This document shows, in pieces, positions 22,342-33,558 of a stretch of DNA of 64,000 nt. The stretch comes from Spirochaetota bacterium (GTDB taxonomy: Bacteria; Spirochaetota; UBA4802; UBA5550), in assembly GCA_963664815.2 (NCBI GenBank), contig CAXXHB010000002.1, positions 256,001 through 320,000 of the forward strand, given 5' to 3'. The stretch's first letter is position 1. Each line of letters opens with the position of its first letter. The position numbers and the translations under genes are program-made. Below the pieces are notes generated by a model that was not told where the DNA came from, searched no databases, and worked only from the letters and a program-made list of their open reading frames with translations.

Positions 22342-23388
22342 ATGACAACAATAGACAATAAAACTCTAAACTCACTTGACCGGGATAATCTGGAAAAAAT
22401 GGTTTTTGATCTCCAGAACCTTATTGAAATAGCTCTGAGTTTATCATCAAATCTTGAATTTGACAGTCTCGTTGAATCAATATTATATATATGCATTGGA
22501 CAGATGATTGTTGATAAAGCGGCCATTTTTTTAAATTCCAATCTTGAAAATGATGATTTAACCCTGTATATGTCCCGCGGTTACACTCTTGAACCCGATT
22601 TAAAGATTATTTCCAGGTCTGCACTGATAAATTATTTATATTCAAATTGCGGCATCCTTGATTCTGAAAAAGCAAGAGATTTAATGTCCAGTGATCCGCT
22701 TACGAAAGATACTTATGAAAAATTAAAACCTGAAATTGTAATACCCCTGAAATCCAAAAACTCAATAAACGGTTTAATCTTTTTAAGCCAGAAAATTATA
22801 GATAATTCATATACAGAACAGGATTTCCAGTTCCTTGAAAAAATGGCAAAATTTGCCTCCATATCAGTTGAAAACTCACGGCTTTACAGAATGGCAACAC
22901 TGGATCGCATGACCGGCCTGTTTATTCACCACTATTTTCAGGAAAGGCTGATAGAAGAAATTAAAAGATCTGACAGAAAAGGGACACCTCTTACTTTACT
23001 TATGGCTGATCTTGATCATTTCAAAACTGTTAATGATACATTCGGACATACGCAGGGAGATGTCATTCTTAAAGGAACATCCTCCATCATTCATCAGAAT
23101 ATACGCGGATTTGATATTGCCTCAAGATATGGCGGGGAAGAATTTGCCATAATTCTTCCTGAGACTGATATACAAGCTGCGGAAATAATTGCTGAAAGGC
23201 TTAGAAAGAAAATTGAAGATGCTAACTATAAGAATGATGAAAATCTGATTAAAGTTACTATAAGCATAGGATTAGCCCAGTACAATCATAAAATTGATAA
23301 AAACGGAATGGATCTGATTAATAGAGCTGACTCTTCCCTCTACACTGCAAAAAAACTTGGAAGAAACAGAGTAATAAAATCAGAATAA
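22342..23388 (+). CDS. GAF-sensor diguanylate cyclase
   Basis: N-terminal GAF-like region; DLDHFKTVND, RGFD I-site, RYGGEEF. Confidence 0.92.
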   Translation: MTTIDNKTLNSLDRDNLEKMVFDLQNLIEIALSLSSNLEFDSLVESILYICIGQMIVDKAAIFLNSNLENDDLTLYMSRGYTLEPDLKIISRSALINYLYSNCGILDSEKARDLMSSDPLTKDTYEKLKPEIVIPLKSKNSINGLIFLSQKIIDNSYTEQDFQFLEKMAKFASISVENSRLYRMATLDRMTGLFIHHYFQERLIEEIKRSDRKGTPLTLLMADLDHFKTVNDTFGHTQGDVILKGTSSIIHQNIRGFDIASRYGGEEFAIILPETDIQAAEIIAERLRKKIEDANYKNDENLIKVTISIGLAQYNHKIDKNGMDLINRADSSLYTAKKLGRNRVIKSE

Positions 23389-23414
23389 AGAATAACATTA
23401 TTAAGGAATTCATA

Positions 23415-24215
23415 TTGAATAAAAACATTCAAAACGCCTCGTTTCCTGATAACAGAGAGGAGCTTAACAGTATAATTGATCTTATTAAAAAAAATCCTGA
23501 TAATCATGAAGGGTATATAAAACTGGCTGTTAAATTATCACAAATGAAAAGGTATGATCAGGCTATAAAATCATTTAACAAAGCCAATTCAATAAAAGAA
23601 GATTATATTACACTATATAATATTGGTTGTCTTTATTACGAAAAAAATGATTTTAAAAATGCAATTATTGCCCTTGAAAAATCCAAACTCCTGAATAACA
23701 ATTTTCATATGATCTACTTGCTTACCGGACTGTGTTATGGCAGATTAAATAACTTCAAAGCCTCTGAATCAAATTTTATAAAAGTTCTTATGACTGATCC
23801 GGAGAATCCCACTGCACTTACAGCCCTTGCAGTCCTTTATTACAATCAGGGGAATGTTTTTGATTCATTGAACATTATACGAAGCATTTCCAGCCAGAAA
23901 AATAAATCGGTGCAAAAAATTAAATCGGAGATACTCTTCAATTCAGGAAGGACCTCCGAATCTGTAAATGAGATTAAAGAATATAAGAACAGTAATGAAA
24001 AATTTAAAAATTTTAATGATTATATAAAATCGATTCCTGTAGCAATCCTCTGTGACAAATATGGCTCTATCGAAGAAAAAATACAACAGCTTGAGAACAA
24101 GCCGTCTAAAACCCCGGATAACCTGATCTCTCTCAGTCTATGCCACCTTTTCTCAGGAAACACAGATTCCGCCATTGATTACCTTTATGAAGCAAGAAGC
24201 AGTATAGCCATTTAA
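23415..24215 (+). CDS. TPR-repeat protein
   Basis: Tandem TPR-like repeats; TTG start. Confidence 0.75.
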   Translation: MNKNIQNASFPDNREELNSIIDLIKKNPDNHEGYIKLAVKLSQMKRYDQAIKSFNKANSIKEDYITLYNIGCLYYEKNDFKNAIIALEKSKLLNNNFHMIYLLTGLCYGRLNNFKASESNFIKVLMTDPENPTALTALAVLYYNQGNVFDSLNIIRSISSQKNKSVQKIKSEILFNSGRTSESVNEIKEYKNSNEKFKNFNDYIKSIPVAILCDKYGSIEEKIQQLENKPSKTPDNLISLSLCHLFSGNTDSAIDYLYEARSSIAI

Positions 24216-25841
24216 TTATTTCTTTTTGAAAATAGATTTTATTTTTCCTATTAATGATACCTTTTTCTCTGACGATTTTACACGGGATTTTTTCCCGCTT
24301 TTCACAGGTTCGGCTTTTATCTCCCTTTTAATAGTAAAATCTTCTCCGTATCTCTCTTTATAATAATCCATTCTCTTATCAAGGGTCAGATTCTTGGACA
24401 ATCGTTCTTTCCCGGCAGCAGCAATATTCTCTTTTTTCCTGTCATTTTTTTCCGATTTATCCTTAACAGCAATCCGATCTGATTTTATTTCTTTATCAGT
24501 CTCTTTAAATCCGGATTTTATCTCTTTCTTCCTTTCGGGTATTTTTTTATAGTCTTTTTTATCAGTTTTTGCAGCAGATACAGGTTTCTCACTTCGTTTT
24601 TTACCTTTGCCCGATTTATCAGATTTTTTCTCATCATGTTCTGATACAATTCTTATCTGCTTTGACTCTTTCATAAAATTACGGATAAACTCATCGCTGC
24701 TTACATCCTCCAGAAACAATTCATCTGCAGCCCATTCTACAGGTATTTTCATTTTAATGTATGCTTCTATAGCTTCAAGCCCATAAACAAATTTTTCACA
24801 GGCAAAGGTTACTGCCATTCCCGTCTTTCCTGCCCTTGCAGTCCTTCCAATCCTGTGGACATAATTTTCGTAATCTTCCGGGATATCAAAATTTATCACC
24901 AGATCAAGATCATTAATATGAAGCCCCCTGGCTGCTACATCTGTCGCGACAAGATATCTCAGTTTTCCTGATTTAATATTTTCAATAATCTTTGTTCTTT
25001 TACTCTGAGGTAGATCCCCGATTATATAACTGCATTCATATCCGTTGCCTGCAAGCCGGGCGGCAACTTTCACTGCATCCTGTTTGGTGTTTGTAAAAAT
25101 CAGCGTATTCTGGGGATTTTGTTCTTTAAGAATACCGAGTAAAAGATTTATTTTTTCATTTGTACCTACATGATACAGAACCTGTTTTATTTTATCTACT
25201 GTAACCTGCCCTCCGGAAACATTAACCTCGGCAGGATCGTTCATATATTCCCAGGCAAGATTTTTTACCTTTGAACTTAACGTAGCGCTGAAAAGCATTG
25301 AAATCCTTTCAGATGGTGCGGCCATTCTTTTAAGCATACGTTTTATATCCGGGAAAAATCCCATATCAAACATTCTGTCTGCTTCATCAATTACCAGTAT
25401 CGAGAATTCGTTGAATTTAATCTTTCCGCTACCTGCAAAATCTATTAATCTTCCCGGAGTTCCTACATAAATATCAACACCCTCTTTAAGGGCTGTTTCC
25501 TGCTGATTGTACCCCACTCCTCCATAAAAACTTTTAATTTTAAAATCTAGGAATGTACCTAAAAGCTTTCCCTCTTTTTCTATCTGAATTACAAGTTCTC
25601 TCGTCGGCGCGAGAATAAGAACTTTTCTGTTTTTCATTTTTTCATTTGTCAGGAGAAGATGATAAAGTGGTATCATAAAAGCAGCCGTTTTCCCTGTACC
25701 GGTCTGGGATTGCACAAGAATGTCTCTTCCGGCAAGAGTATATTTAAGAGATTCTGCCTGTACTTCTGTGCAGTCTATAAAACCTGCCTTTTCAATACCT
25801 TTTAATATCCTTTCATCAAGATTGAATTCACTGAATTTCAT
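24216..25841 (-). CDS. DEAD-box RNA helicase (RhlB-like) with Lys-rich tail
   Basis: QTGTGKT, PTREL, DEAD, SAT, HRIGRTAR. Confidence 0.95.
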   Translation of the reverse strand: MKFSEFNLDERILKGIEKAGFIDCTEVQAESLKYTLAGRDILVQSQTGTGKTAAFMIPLYHLLLTNEKMKNRKVLILAPTRELVIQIEKEGKLLGTFLDFKIKSFYGGVGYNQQETALKEGVDIYVGTPGRLIDFAGSGKIKFNEFSILVIDEADRMFDMGFFPDIKRMLKRMAAPSERISMLFSATLSSKVKNLAWEYMNDPAEVNVSGGQVTVDKIKQVLYHVGTNEKINLLLGILKEQNPQNTLIFTNTKQDAVKVAARLAGNGYECSYIIGDLPQSKRTKIIENIKSGKLRYLVATDVAARGLHINDLDLVINFDIPEDYENYVHRIGRTARAGKTGMAVTFACEKFVYGLEAIEAYIKMKIPVEWAADELFLEDVSSDEFIRNFMKESKQIRIVSEHDEKKSDKSGKGKKRSEKPVSAAKTDKKDYKKIPERKKEIKSGFKETDKEIKSDRIAVKDKSEKNDRKKENIAAAGKERLSKNLTLDKRMDYYKERYGEDFTIKREIKAEPVKSGKKSRVKSSEKKVSLIGKIKSIFKKK

Positions 25842-26182
25842 TTATATAGACTCCATATGCTTATAAAACGTACCCATTAATAAACTATCTGTAAAGTATA
25901 TTCAGACTAAGATTCCGTACCTCAACAGATAAACACTGCAATAATTTAGTATATACTATCAATATTAATTACTTAACATATATTTTGTGTATAATCAAGG
26001 ATTATATCTCCACCGCCTTCAGCAGCAAAAAAAATAGAATATTTTATATTAAAAATGTTCAGAAATTCTTATTAATATACTGTTAAGACATATGCTGATA
26101 AAAGATTCTATTTGTAAAGTAAAAGGAAAAAATTTACAAAAATAAAAAAATTGACATTCTGTGAATAAATACCCCAATGGTA

Positions 26183-26197
26183 ATTGGTTCAACCAAT
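26183..26197. promoter_or_regulatory. FadR-subfamily operator palindrome
   Basis: ATTGGT-tca-ACCAAT just upstream of the GntR gene; TTGACA at 26151. Confidence 0.7.
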
Positions 26198-26215
26198 AAA
26201 CCAATGAGAGATTAA

Positions 26216-26917
26216 ATGTTCACTGAAATCAATAAAAAAAACCTGAGTGACGCGGTCGCTTCCCAGATAATAGATCATATTGTTACCGGCGCAATAGCTG
26301 CCGGTGAAAAACTCCCTCCGGAAAGGGAAATTTCAGTTAAAATGAATGTTAACCGCCATACAGTCCGGGAAGCACTCAGAAAAATCGAGTCAATGGGACT
26401 TCTATCAATACGCCAGGGTGACGGTATCTACATTAAAGAATACCGCGATTCCGGAAATCTTGAACTTCTGAAACATATCCTTTACCGTCAGAATGATAAA
26501 ACATCCGCAGTTCTTAAGGATATTCTTGAAATACGAAGGATAATATCCCCCGAAATGGCCGAAAAAGCTGCACTTAACCGGACTGAGCATGAAATTTCAC
26601 TGCTTCAGAAAATTCTGGTTTCTCAGCAATCAGTAATAGAACGTGACATTGCCATTCACCACGCAATTGCTGAAGCTGGAAATAATATTCTCTATATATT
26701 TATTCTGAATTTCTTTAATGATATTTTCAAGGATTTCGGCCATCTTTACTTTTCATCAGAGGAGAATAAAAAAGTAACCAATAAATTTCACACAGATATT
26801 TCAAAAGCAGTAATTTCCGGAGATGGAAAATCATCAAAAAAAATTATGCTGGATGTCATGATATATTCTGAAAAAAAAATTCTGATCAGCCTGGAGAAAA
26901 ACAATGATAAGAACTGA
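26216..26917 (+). CDS. GntR/FadR family transcriptional regulator
   Basis: GEKLPPERE, VNRHTVREAL, FCD-like C-terminus. Confidence 0.93.
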   Translation: MFTEINKKNLSDAVASQIIDHIVTGAIAAGEKLPPEREISVKMNVNRHTVREALRKIESMGLLSIRQGDGIYIKEYRDSGNLELLKHILYRQNDKTSAVLKDILEIRRIISPEMAEKAALNRTEHEISLLQKILVSQQSVIERDIAIHHAIAEAGNNILYIFILNFFNDIFKDFGHLYFSSEENKKVTNKFHTDISKAVISGDGKSSKKIMLDVMIYSEKKILISLEKNNDKN

Positions 26918-28532
26918 GTTTAATGAAATTAAAGAGTATGATATTATAGTTATCGGAGGGGGTATCACAGGTGCCGCTGTTGCCTACGACGCTGCTTCAA
27001 GAGGTCTTTCTGTAGCGCTAATTGAAAAAGACGACTTCGGATCGAAAACCTCTTCCGCCACATCCAAACTCATTCATGGAGGACTGCGTTATCTGGCAAA
27101 TTTTGAACTTTCACTTGTCAGAGAATCATTAAAAGAGAGAAGGATTCTTGAAAATATCGCTCCGAATTTTGTCTATCCTGTACCAAACATGATAATATTC
27201 AACAATCCTTCGATTAAAAAGCAGAGAATTCCATTAAAGATAGGGATGATTTTATATGATATACTCTCCTTTGATAAAAAATTTACATGGGATAAAAATA
27301 AGAGACTGCCTTCTCACAAGAGTATTTCAAGAGAAGATACCATCAAGGGTGAACCACGGCTGGACAGCAAAAACTTAAGCGGTTCCCTTGTTTATTATGA
27401 CTGTGCCAGTCTCTTCCCTGAACGCCTGACCCTTTCCTTTATCAAGTCTGCAGCAGCAAAAGGGGCTGATATTGCAAACTACATGGAACTGACCAGTTTT
27501 GTTATTAATAACAATAAAATTGAAGGTATCAATGCAGATGATAAAATAAGAAACCGCAAAGTTTCAATAAAGGGAAAGCTTACAATTAATTGTGCAGGCC
27601 CCTGGGCTGACCGGGTTCTTTCACTTACAGGGAGCGCCAGACATCACGAGATTCTCCGCAGATCCGAAGGTATACATATTATAACCAGACAGATATTCAC
27701 TAAATATGTTGTTACATCAACTACACCCGGCGGCCGGCATATCTTTATAATCCCGTGGAGAGGCTACTCTCTAATAGGAACAACCGACAAAGAATATATC
27801 GGCAGCCCCGATGACTGGAAAATAACAAAAGAAAGCATTCATGAACTGATTGATGATGTTAACGCATCTTTCGGTGAAAATGTAAGAATTTCATACGATG
27901 ATGTTGTTTACTGCTACGGTGGACTAAGGCCTCTTGTCGAGGATCAGACTGAAGATGTATACGAATCCTCACGAAAATATGAAATCTTTGACAACACTAT
28001 TGATGGCTTTGACGGACTTATTACTGTTGAGGGTGGGAAATTTACAACCAGCCGGAATCTTGCAGACAATGTAATGAAACTCGCCATGAAAAAACTAAAG
28101 ATCCCGTATAAAAAAGCCGGGACTGAAACGGAGTATCTTTACGGTTCCGAGATAGAAGACATTGATGCCTTTATCAGATTCTGTAAAAATAAATATTCCT
28201 TTCTTCCCGAAAACGCTGTAGATTACCTTGCAAGAATATACGGCACCGAGATTGATTCTCTCCTTGAATCGGTCAAAAAGGATAAGTCTCTTATTCAGCC
28301 GTTAACACCTGAGGGTGAAATTCCGGCACAGATCGTTTACGCAATACAGAATGAAATGGCAACCAGTCTCGCAGACATTTTATTCAGGAGAACTGGACTT
28401 GGAACCCTGGGCCATCCGGGGAAAAAAGTCCTTAAAAGAACTGCTGATATTGCCGGGGATCTTTTAAAGTGGAGCGAAAGCAGAAAAAACAGAGAAATTA
28501 CCGAAGCGGAAAAGCTTTTTTTAAAACCATAA
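26904..28532 (+). CDS. glpD: FAD-dependent glycerol-3-phosphate dehydrogenase/oxidase
   Basis: IGGGITGA, TSSATSKLIHGGLRYL, GTTD, GLRPL, GGKFTT. Confidence 0.88.
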   Translation: MIRTEFNEIKEYDIIVIGGGITGAAVAYDAASRGLSVALIEKDDFGSKTSSATSKLIHGGLRYLANFELSLVRESLKERRILENIAPNFVYPVPNMIIFNNPSIKKQRIPLKIGMILYDILSFDKKFTWDKNKRLPSHKSISREDTIKGEPRLDSKNLSGSLVYYDCASLFPERLTLSFIKSAAAKGADIANYMELTSFVINNNKIEGINADDKIRNRKVSIKGKLTINCAGPWADRVLSLTGSARHHEILRRSEGIHIITRQIFTKYVVTSTTPGGRHIFIIPWRGYSLIGTTDKEYIGSPDDWKITKESIHELIDDVNASFGENVRISYDDVVYCYGGLRPLVEDQTEDVYESSRKYEIFDNTIDGFDGLITVEGGKFTTSRNLADNVMKLAMKKLKIPYKKAGTETEYLYGSEIEDIDAFIRFCKNKYSFLPENAVDYLARIYGTEIDSLLESVKKDKSLIQPLTPEGEIPAQIVYAIQNEMATSLADILFRRTGLGTLGHPGKKVLKRTADIAGDLLKWSESRKNREITEAEKLFLKP

Positions 28533-28547
28533 TCTGGAGTATATACT

Positions 28548-30266
28548 ATGAGCGGAAAAACATTTGAACCAGCCTGGAGAGAAACCCCCCCGGTTGAAAA
28601 AAGCAGCAGATCCATCTTTAAATGGGGCGCATCAGCTGAATATAAACACCCCAATCATAAACTTTACGAAGAGATTAAAAATACCTTCCACCTTGACGAC
28701 ACGCATTTTTCATCAGTTACAACTACCGGTGATGAATTAATTTCTTTTAAACGACCTTTGAAACTCAAAAAAACAGATGTTTCCAGACTTGAAAACATTG
28801 CAGGAAAAAATAATATACAAACTGACGAATATAGCCGTTTGAAATTTTCCACCGGTAAGACCGTTGAAGAGGCCATTAACCTCCGTAATGGTAAATTCAG
28901 CTCAATTTCTGATATTGTAATACACCCCGAATCAGAATCTGTCATTTCTGAAATTGTCAAATACTGCAACTCCCGGAAAATCCCGGTTTATGTTTTCGGC
29001 GGGGGCTCATCTGTCAACTTCGGCCTTAAGGCTTCAAAGGGTGGAGTTACCCTGGTGATGAATACACACATGAACAAAGTGCTGGAGCTGAATGAGCTTA
29101 ACCAGACTGTCACAGTACAGGCAGGAATAATGGGGCCAGCCCTTGAAAATTCACTCAACAATGCCGCAGAGATTTTCGGCGCCGGAACAGCTTATACATG
29201 CGGACATTTCCCGCAGTCTTTTGAATATTCATCTGCCGGCGGCTGGGTTTCAACAATAGGGTCCGGCCAGGCTTCATCATATTATGGAGATGCCTATGAT
29301 CTGGTCATAAGCCAGAAATATATCACACCATCCGGCAGTTTTACTACATTGAACTATCCGGCAACAGCAACCGGGCCGAAGGTAAATGATATAATGAAGG
29401 GAAGTGAAGGGACTTTCGGTATACTTGTTGAAGTCACTCTTAAAATTTTTAAGTATATGCCGCAGAACAGGAAAAGATTCGGCTTTATTTTTCCGACTTT
29501 CCAGGATGCAGTAAACGCCGGGAGAGAAATTTCCCAGGGTGAATTCGGGATGCCTGCGGTCTTCCGTATTTCCGACGAGGAGGAGACTCATATAGGACTT
29601 AAGCTCTACGGTATAGACGGAACAATTCTTGACAGGGCAATTCAGCTTCGCGGCTTTAAACCTATGAAACGCTGCCTGTTTCTCGGATCAAGTGAGGGTG
29701 AAAAACACTTTACAAAAAATGTAAAAAAACAGGTAAAAAAGATCTGCCGCAAACATGGAGGAATGTACATTTCCGGTCTGCCAGCCAGGATGTGGGAACC
29801 TGGCCGCTATAAAGATCCATACCTCAGAGAAGATCTTCATGATTACGGCATTTTAATTGACACGCTTGAAACAGGCGTATGCTGGGATAACCTTCATAAA
29901 ATCCATTCCGAGGTAAGAGAATATATCAAGGCACGCCCTGAAACCATATGCATGACTCATTCTTCACATTTTTATCCGCAGGGGACAAACCTCTATTTCA
30001 TTTTTATCATGAAAGACAACGGAGTTAAAGATTATATAAAATTTCAGGAAGGCGTTATAGATTCAATCTGTAAAAGCGGCGGATCCCTCAGCCATCATCA
30101 TGGTGTGGGAAAAATGATTGCACCATGGATGGAAAAACATCTCGGGAAGGAGCAGATGGATATCCTCCGGGCAATTAAAAAGCACCTCGATCCCAATAAT
30201 ATAATGAATCCGGGAGGACAGCTGGGCCTTGATATTAAAGACAAAAACTGGAGAGATATAAAATAA
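28548..30266 (+). CDS. FAD-linked oxidase, alkyl-dihydroxyacetonephosphate synthase-like
   Basis: GHFPQSFEYSS, GSEGTFG, SHHHGVG, DPNNIMNPG. Confidence 0.85.
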   Translation: MSGKTFEPAWRETPPVEKSSRSIFKWGASAEYKHPNHKLYEEIKNTFHLDDTHFSSVTTTGDELISFKRPLKLKKTDVSRLENIAGKNNIQTDEYSRLKFSTGKTVEEAINLRNGKFSSISDIVIHPESESVISEIVKYCNSRKIPVYVFGGGSSVNFGLKASKGGVTLVMNTHMNKVLELNELNQTVTVQAGIMGPALENSLNNAAEIFGAGTAYTCGHFPQSFEYSSAGGWVSTIGSGQASSYYGDAYDLVISQKYITPSGSFTTLNYPATATGPKVNDIMKGSEGTFGILVEVTLKIFKYMPQNRKRFGFIFPTFQDAVNAGREISQGEFGMPAVFRISDEEETHIGLKLYGIDGTILDRAIQLRGFKPMKRCLFLGSSEGEKHFTKNVKKQVKKICRKHGGMYISGLPARMWEPGRYKDPYLREDLHDYGILIDTLETGVCWDNLHKIHSEVREYIKARPETICMTHSSHFYPQGTNLYFIFIMKDNGVKDYIKFQEGVIDSICKSGGSLSHHHGVGKMIAPWMEKHLGKEQMDILRAIKKHLDPNNIMNPGGQLGLDIKDKNWRDIK

Positions 30267-30347
30267 ATTTATTTTATATCTGTGCAGAAAGGCCTGTTCC
30301 AATAGATATTTATTCCGGAACAGGCAGATATTTAAACCACAATAATA

Positions 30348-30710
30348 TCAGTTGTCTGTCTGATGTTTCAGATGTTTAAAAATTATTTTCTGATCTTCAG
30401 GATCAGTGAAATATGCGCCGATACTTCTTTTACCTTCAGTTTCTTCACTGAATACACAAAGGCATTTAATATACGAATCAATATCGTAGTATTTCAGATA
30501 AAAAAAATCACCGGATGTAACAGATATATTAATGTCTACATTAATACCTATCCCAAGGGGGCTTAAATTTTCTATTTCAGATTTTACTTCTTTGTCATCA
30601 ATAAGAACTATCGGCTTTTGCAGAATTTCCGGGATTTCTTTGATTGATAATCTTACTGTTTTTCTTGTATTCATATCAGCTCTTGACGGTTTTTTAAAGT
30701 TATCTGTCAT
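30348..30710 (-). CDS. PilZ-like small protein
   Basis: RKTVR and NLSPLGIG motifs (RxxxR, D/NxSxxG). Confidence 0.6.
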   Translation of the reverse strand: MTDNFKKPSRADMNTRKTVRLSIKEIPEILQKPIVLIDDKEVKSEIENLSPLGIGINVDINISVTSGDFFYLKYYDIDSYIKCLCVFSEETEGKRSIGAYFTDPEDQKIIFKHLKHQTDN

Positions 30711-30914
30711 TTTATGGCTATTCCTGCATTAATAAAAATCAGAGAAATGTTTCAATACTTTTAACAATATTGAGACAGCTCTTAATATATAATATATGCT
30801 GAATGCAGAATTAAAAAATATTATCTGATATTTTTTATACCAGTTCTTTTACTGTCATGCTGTGCAGGTATGTTTTTTATAAAACGCTGTTTTTCCTTTT
30901 TTATCTGCATTTAC

Positions 30915-30950
30915 AAAAAAAAGAGGGAATCGTTCAGAACCCTCTTTTTT
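30915..30950. terminator. Terminator after MoxR-VWA pair
   Basis: A-run gaggg..ccctc T-run. Confidence 0.7.
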
Positions 30951-31017
30951 ATTATTAATACAGATCCGGAAATAAAAATACTATATTAATAATCAAAGCT
31001 GCTGATGTAATTTTATT

Positions 31018-32211
31018 TTACCGGTTATATAATGAACATTTTCCTGTCATAAGATATTTAACCCCTTCATCCAGCCCGTCCAGTGTAAGTTCAAACATCG
31101 GGAAAACGTCACGGACCATTCTTATTGAATGAACATACTCCCACGATCTTTTAGGAAGAGGATTAAGCCATATTGCATCTTTAAACTTGTCTTTGAAGCG
31201 CTGCATCCAGACTAGCCCTGGAATATCATTGTGATACCAGTAATCAACCGCGCCGTTGGCCCATGTCAGTTCAGACGGAGCCATCTCTGCATCTCCGACT
31301 ATTATCACTTTGTAATCAGAATCTTCACTTTTCAGCATTTCCAGCGTTGATATGGAAGTGTTTCTCTCCATATCTGTCCATAAATCCTGATAAAACGCAT
31401 TGTGAAAATAGAAATGCTTAAACTTGCTGATCTGTGACGCAGAGGCGGAAAACAGCCTTTCAACAAGTTCAGCAAATGGAGTCATTGAACCTCCGACATC
31501 CATAAGCAGCATAACTTTTGAACTCTTTTTTTCCTTATCCTGCCAGACAAGCTCTATCTCGCCGGCATTTTTATTGCATGTCACATCAATTGTCTTTTTA
31601 AGGTCGAGCTTCTCCCCGACACCCATAGGCAAAAGCGATCTCAGGTGGGCAAGAGCAACCCTCATCTGTCTGGTATCAAGAGTAATATCACTGGAATAAT
31701 TTCTGAATGTCCTTTTCTCGGCTATCTGTATTGCCCTTTTATGTCTGGACTCACCCTGCCCTATTCTTATCCCTGCCGGATTATATCCCCACGCGCCCTG
31801 AGTGGAACGTCCTCCGGTTCCGATAGCTTTGTTTCCCCCTACATGTTCCTTGTAGTGCCCCTGTTTCAGCTGCTCCTCAAAATTTCTGAGAACCTCATCC
31901 AGATTAAGCTGCTCAATCTGCTTTTTCTCCTCCTCTGAGAGATGAAGCTCTTTAACTTTTTTTAACCCCGCAAGAATCTTTTCAAGCATTTCATCAGTAG
32001 TCTCAATATCCTTGAATGTATCCAGAAATGCCATATCATATCTGTCAAAGAAAATCTCGTTCTTTACAAGTATTGACCTTGCCATATGGTAAAAGGATGT
32101 GAGGCTGCAGTCATTGAGATTCATTTCAATAGCCTTATGCAGAGTTATCCACTCATGCAGTGAAACGGGAATCCCCTTGGCCTTGAGATTAAAGAAAAAA
32201 TTAATAAACAT
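31018..32211 (-). CDS. VWA-domain protein (CoxE-like)
   Basis: MIDAS-like DVGGSM, VGDAEMAP, WLNP. Confidence 0.88.
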   Translation of the reverse strand: MFINFFFNLKAKGIPVSLHEWITLHKAIEMNLNDCSLTSFYHMARSILVKNEIFFDRYDMAFLDTFKDIETTDEMLEKILAGLKKVKELHLSEEEKKQIEQLNLDEVLRNFEEQLKQGHYKEHVGGNKAIGTGGRSTQGAWGYNPAGIRIGQGESRHKRAIQIAEKRTFRNYSSDITLDTRQMRVALAHLRSLLPMGVGEKLDLKKTIDVTCNKNAGEIELVWQDKEKKSSKVMLLMDVGGSMTPFAELVERLFSASASQISKFKHFYFHNAFYQDLWTDMERNTSISTLEMLKSEDSDYKVIIVGDAEMAPSELTWANGAVDYWYHNDIPGLVWMQRFKDKFKDAIWLNPLPKRSWEYVHSIRMVRDVFPMFELTLDGLDEGVKYLMTGKCSLYNR

Positions 32212-33055
32212 CCCTCGTCCTCATGCTTGTATTATATGCATAGTGTGATTTTCCTGATTTCTGAAGGAGATCAATATCCTCCTGTTTTTTAAGGAGCGTG
32301 CCGAGGAAAGGGATCTCCTTTTCCACATCTTTTACCGGAATTCCTCCGATTATAAGCGCCTGCAGCCAATCGATCAGTTCGCTTGTAGATGGTTTTTTTC
32401 TCAACATGTCAAATTCCCTGATCCAGTAGAATTTTTTCAATGCCTCTCTTAAAAGCTTGTTCTCGATTTTAGGGAAATGCACATGAACAATCTCTTCCAT
32501 AAGTTCCTGGGTCGGAAATTCAATATAATGGAAGATACATCTTCGAAGGAAGGGATCCGGCAGTTCTCTTTCACTGTTGGATGTTATTATAACTATAGGC
32601 CTGTTCTTGGCCTTGATTGTTTCTTTTGTTTCAGGAATATAAAAACTCATCTCATCAAGCTCATTGAGCAAATCGTTTGGAAACTCAATATCCGCCTTGT
32701 CTATCTCGTCGATAAGAAGAACAACCTGATCGTCAGAGGCAAAAGCCTCTCCAAGTTTACCAAGCTTTATATACTGTTTAATATCTGAGACATTATGATC
32801 GCCGAATCTCGCATCATTAAGCCTCTGTACTGTATCATATACATAAAGTCCCTCCTGGGCCTTTGTTGTTGACTTTATGTTCCAGATAATAAACTTTTTC
32901 CCGAGTGCTTTTGCAATTGCGTGCGCCAGCAGGGTTTTACCTGTACCCGGTTCACCTTTTACAATAAGCGGCCTTTGAAGAGCTATGGAGACATTGACAT
33001 TATCCCTCAACTCTTTGGATATTACATAATCTTCAGTTCCTTTAAAATAATCCAT
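32201..33055 (-). CDS. MoxR-family AAA+ ATPase
   Basis: GEPGTGKT, LLIDEIDKAD, ELPDPFLRRC. Confidence 0.93.
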   Translation of the reverse strand: MDYFKGTEDYVISKELRDNVNVSIALQRPLIVKGEPGTGKTLLAHAIAKALGKKFIIWNIKSTTKAQEGLYVYDTVQRLNDARFGDHNVSDIKQYIKLGKLGEAFASDDQVVLLIDEIDKADIEFPNDLLNELDEMSFYIPETKETIKAKNRPIVIITSNSERELPDPFLRRCIFHYIEFPTQELMEEIVHVHFPKIENKLLREALKKFYWIREFDMLRKKPSTSELIDWLQALIIGGIPVKDVEKEIPFLGTLLKKQEDIDLLQKSGKSHYAYNTSMRTRDVY

Positions 33056-33558
33056 TTCTGTTCCTGTACCTCAATTTTAGTTTTATCAAGCCCCTGGCAT
33101 TTTCAGAACAGGAGCCAATCTAACCAGTGTAAACCTGGTCACCTTTTTCAATAATTATCCTATACTACTACAAATCCCGCTATTATATTGGCAAGTAATT
33201 AATTATTCTCTGTAATACATATTATGTCAGATTTCAGCCGGTTATTCCGGTTTTTTTAAAGTTATAATATATTCAAAGTTGAATTATCAGTATATGCATT
33301 TGGAATTCATCAAAACTTTGATTTTACCACTAAAGATACCTTTTTTATACAATGCCCGTAAGCAGGAACCGCATGAGCACCATTCGGCCTGTATCCGCAA
33401 AGAGCAGGATCTCTCCTATAGTTCTATAAAGGCTCATCTCAAATAAAAATGTTAAAGCGGAACCTTTTAATATAAAAGAAGGTCTAATAAAAAAATTATC
33501 AAATTTTTAATATTTTTCTTTGTGTGATTATAATAATAAATAAAAAGAGGATTAGTAC

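Noticed and set aside
33350-33440. GC-richer patch upstream of the beta-barrel gene as possible c-di-GMP riboswitch
   Set aside because: Only CGCAAAG matches; the other conserved elements could not be found by eye. An Rfam scan would settle it.
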